Source: a virus
Lineage: Duplodnaviria > Caudoviricetes
Reading direction: 5' to 3' (one strand)
IMG/VR virus record: IMGVR_UViG_3300033067_000468
Span: 1-26,499 of that record
DNA: 26,499 bases
Made by a program: the position numbers and the translations under genes. The notes beneath the pieces were generated by a model. It was not told where the DNA came from. It saw nothing but the letters and a program-made list of their open reading frames with translations, and searched no databases. Shown piece after piece: positions 24,336 to 26,499 of the stretch. Position 1 is the stretch's first letter, and the number at the start of each line of letters is the position of its first letter.

Positions 24336-26499
24336 TAGTCGCATCCTATGGGGCCAAGGCTTATAACTCCGCTGGACAGGCCCCCAGGCCCGCGAAGTCG
24401 GTTGGAGAATCGCTTCTTGTTTGCCAGGAAGCGCTGGTACACACTTTCGGACCCAGCACCGACAGGAGGCTTGTGCCACCTCATGCCGCGTGCAATGGCG
24501 TACTCCACGGTTTCAACGGCGTGCGTGTTTCCTCTTCGGCGTTCGCCATCCTCTTGAACGATCCCTTGCGTGATCTTCTTCTTGAACCGCTGGAACTCTC
24601 GCACCGTGTTGGGCACGTTCTTAATCACGAACAGCAGTCGAGGATTGCCGTCGTTGTCTGGTTCAAGGTAGGCACGCAGCAAAGACTCGCGGCCGGCAAT
24701 GTCATCGCTTCCAGCGCGGAAATCACTGCCAGTGGCAATGCTTGCTAGGCCAAGTTCACGGAATGCGTTCTTGTACTGAACGTAAGGGCTGATACCGCTG
24801 CCAATCGACGTCAGCCTCGCACCGTGCATGTCGATGATGAATTCCTGAATCGGTGTGAACTGAATCTTTTCATGCACCTTCTTGGCAAGCATTTGTGCAT
24901 CGCACTGACGCAGGTAAAGCTCGTCGTAGCAAACAACCTGATCGCCAACGGTTGGTGGCGGGACGGCAAAGAACGTGACTGCGCAGGTGCTATGCCCAGG
25001 GTCAATCGCTAGGTAGCGGCACCAATCCGCAGGTGGTACGCCGTTGTTTTCTGTGATGATCTTCTGGACTGGCGTTGCGAGTGGCCCCGTTTTAATCGCG
25101 TCGTGCTGGTGGATCGAGAACTTGGGGTACATTAGGTGGCTATCGGTAACCAGTTCACCCAGGGCACGCTGACGATAAACGTCTTCGCCCATCGCCTTCC
25201 AGCTCTTGATCGCATCGTTACGGGCCTCTTCCGTCATAAACGGGTTGTCGAACACCGTTGCCCGGATTGCCACCGCTTCAGGATTTTCGTTGGCCGCCTC
25301 TTCGTTCGCACGCTCAACAAGGTTCACTAGGGCGTCATTCTTGCTAAGCGGCAAAGCACTCCACCGCAGCTTGCCATTTCGCATCAGCAAGCGGCCCATC
25401 ATTTCATTGAACCACTCAGGGCGCTGCAAGTCTTCGTCAAACAGAACGATGTCGGCTTGGATACCTGCCATCGGTTCGCCACGACTGGAGCGAGCGTACA
25501 GAATCCACCCGTTGGTGAACTTCACCTCCGAGAAGATATTCTCTCGCTTGCTCTCCCAGGCGATGTCCTTGATATACCGCTTGGGGATTAGTGGCGGTGC
25601 ATCTTTGGTTTCCTTGATACGGGCCTTGTCTTCAGGTAGCCAAGGCTTCCACGCACGCCAATCGCCTGTCACCTTATCGCGAATCAGCTTGAAAGCGCCG
25701 CGACGGAACAGGTACTTGTGAATCACAACGCCAATGTGCGACTCATCCCAGCCAACGACAATCCCGATCCCGTTTTCCTTGGGGTATTTGTCGTGAGGGT
25801 CTTGTCCGGTCACGGCCCTGGCAAGCTCAACAAACGCCGCAAGGCTGTTGTGGGTAACGATGAAGTCTTTGGTGATGAACGTGTTGTCATAGCTGTCTAC
25901 GGTGATGCAGACGCAATCGTGTTCACCAATCGGTTCGATCTTGTAAAGCACTCGCCCGTCGGTGGTGGAAGTCGGGCGGATCGTATGCTGGAGCTGGCGA
26001 GGAAGGCGGAAGCACTGAATGTTCGGCAGTCGAATGCGAATTCGCGCAGAAGGCTGACCGTCCTTCGTTTCTCCATTGTGCGTGTACCGCGTCGTGCGCC
26101 ACGAGGTCTTGACCTTGCCACCAAGCGAACGAGCAAGGAATTCAACGTCCTTGGCAAGCTGGGGCGAGATAGTGCAGTATTCCATGCAACCGCCCGTACT
26201 TACATCATTCTTGCGCCCAATCGTTCCGTCAGTGTCCATCAGCCCTTGAAGCAAGGCGATTCGCTGCGATACAGAACCGTACAGGTACTGCTCTGGGATG
26301 AACTTGTAGTAGGCTGTTTTGCCATGCAGTCCAATCGCTTTCAGTGCGGCAGCAACGACGTTCTTTCCTTGGGAGCAGCTACTAGCAGAAATTGAAACGC
26401 AAAGTCGTGTTCCAGTTCGCTTTACAATGCACCCAGAGCCAAGCTCACGCTGAACCTCGTTCACAATGAAGTCATCAGGGCTGGTGAAACGAACGCCGC
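24335..26499 (-). CDS. terL: Terminase large subunit, intein-containing, 5'-truncated
   Basis: Frame is open to the window edge. Post-Walker-A helix SLAAFVELARAVTG, Walker B ADIVLFDED, DNPF, RALGE, nuclease RYLAIDPG and THAVETVEY. Confidence 0.92.
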   Translation of the reverse strand, partial: GVRFTSPDDFIVNEVQRELGSGCIVKRTGTRLCVSISASSCSQGKNVVAAALKAIGLHGKTAYYKFIPEQYLYGSVSQRIALLQGLMDTDGTIGRKNDVSTGGCMEYCTISPQLAKDVEFLARSLGGKVKTSWRTTRYTHNGETKDGQPSARIRIRLPNIQCFRLPRQLQHTIRPTSTTDGRVLYKIEPIGEHDCVCITVDSYDNTFITKDFIVTHNSLAAFVELARAVTGQDPHDKYPKENGIGIVVGWDESHIGVVIHKYLFRRGAFKLIRDKVTGDWRAWKPWLPEDKARIKETKDAPPLIPKRYIKDIAWESKRENIFSEVKFTNGWILYARSSRGEPMAGIQADIVLFDEDLQRPEWFNEMMGRLLMRNGKLRWSALPLSKNDALVNLVERANEEAANENPEAVAIRATVFDNPFMTEEARNDAIKSWKAMGEDVYRQRALGELVTDSHLMYPKFSIHQHDAIKTGPLATPVQKIITENNGVPPADWCRYLAIDPGHSTCAVTFFAVPPPTVGDQVVCYDELYLRQCDAQMLAKKVHEKIQFTPIQEFIIDMHGARLTSIGSGISPYVQYKNAFRELGLASIATGSDFRAGSDDIAGRESLLRAYLEPDNDGNPRLLFVIKNVPNTVREFQRFKKKITQGIVQEDGERRRGNTHAVETVEYAIARGMRWHKPPVGAGSESVYQRFLANKKRFSNRLRGPGGLSSGVISLGPIGCD
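25847..26499 (-). mobile_element. Intein with LAGLIDADG homing endonuclease (C-terminal part)
   Basis: KFIPEQYL...RIALLQGLMDTDG, TISPQLAKDVEFLARSLG, block F CVCITVD, block G FIVTHN followed by +1 Ser (codon 25846-25844). Confidence 0.93.

Larger units (their letters stand above)
1..26499. mobile_element. Tailed phage/prophage morphogenesis region
   Basis: Terminase, portal, adaptor, tail tube and ejection-like genes in a nearly gap-free operon with many ATGA/TAATG overlaps; no host housekeeping genes. Free phage versus prophage cannot be determined. Confidence 0.93.

Noticed and set aside
1-26499. CRISPR array, tRNA/rRNA, att sites, alternative genetic code
   Set aside because: Almost no non-coding space and no spaced repeats seen by eye; TAA, TAG and TGA all end genes at coupled junctions, consistent with the standard code.

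Overview
The window is a densely coded segment of a tailed dsDNA phage or prophage (Caudoviricetes) morphogenesis region; the host is probably a planctomycete (inferred from one motif). Most genes form one tightly coupled minus-strand operon. Read right to left it has: intein-containing terminase large subunit (5' end outside the window), small hypothetical, portal, hypothetical, adaptor, tail terminator, tail tube, short acidic protein, Dit-like protein, hub-like protein, duplicated-domain protein, Cys-rich 'CCC' lectin-like protein, a frameshifted paralog of its C-terminal domain, a three-gene glycan-modification cassette (glycosyltransferase-like, SAM methyltransferase, NDP-sugar epimerase), and two large internal-virion/ejection-like proteins. 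Two genes are inserted antisense into this operon: a serine recombinase where scaffold/capsid genes often lie, and a small two-TM NPYQSP membrane protein between the ejection-like genes. A convergent plus-strand trio at the left end encodes a beta-helix protein, an Ala/Thr-rich repeat protein and a small RY[FW]-repeat protein. I saw no capsid, sheath, canonical long tape measure, RNA gene or CRISPR array. All functional calls come from motif recognition by eye, not database searches.
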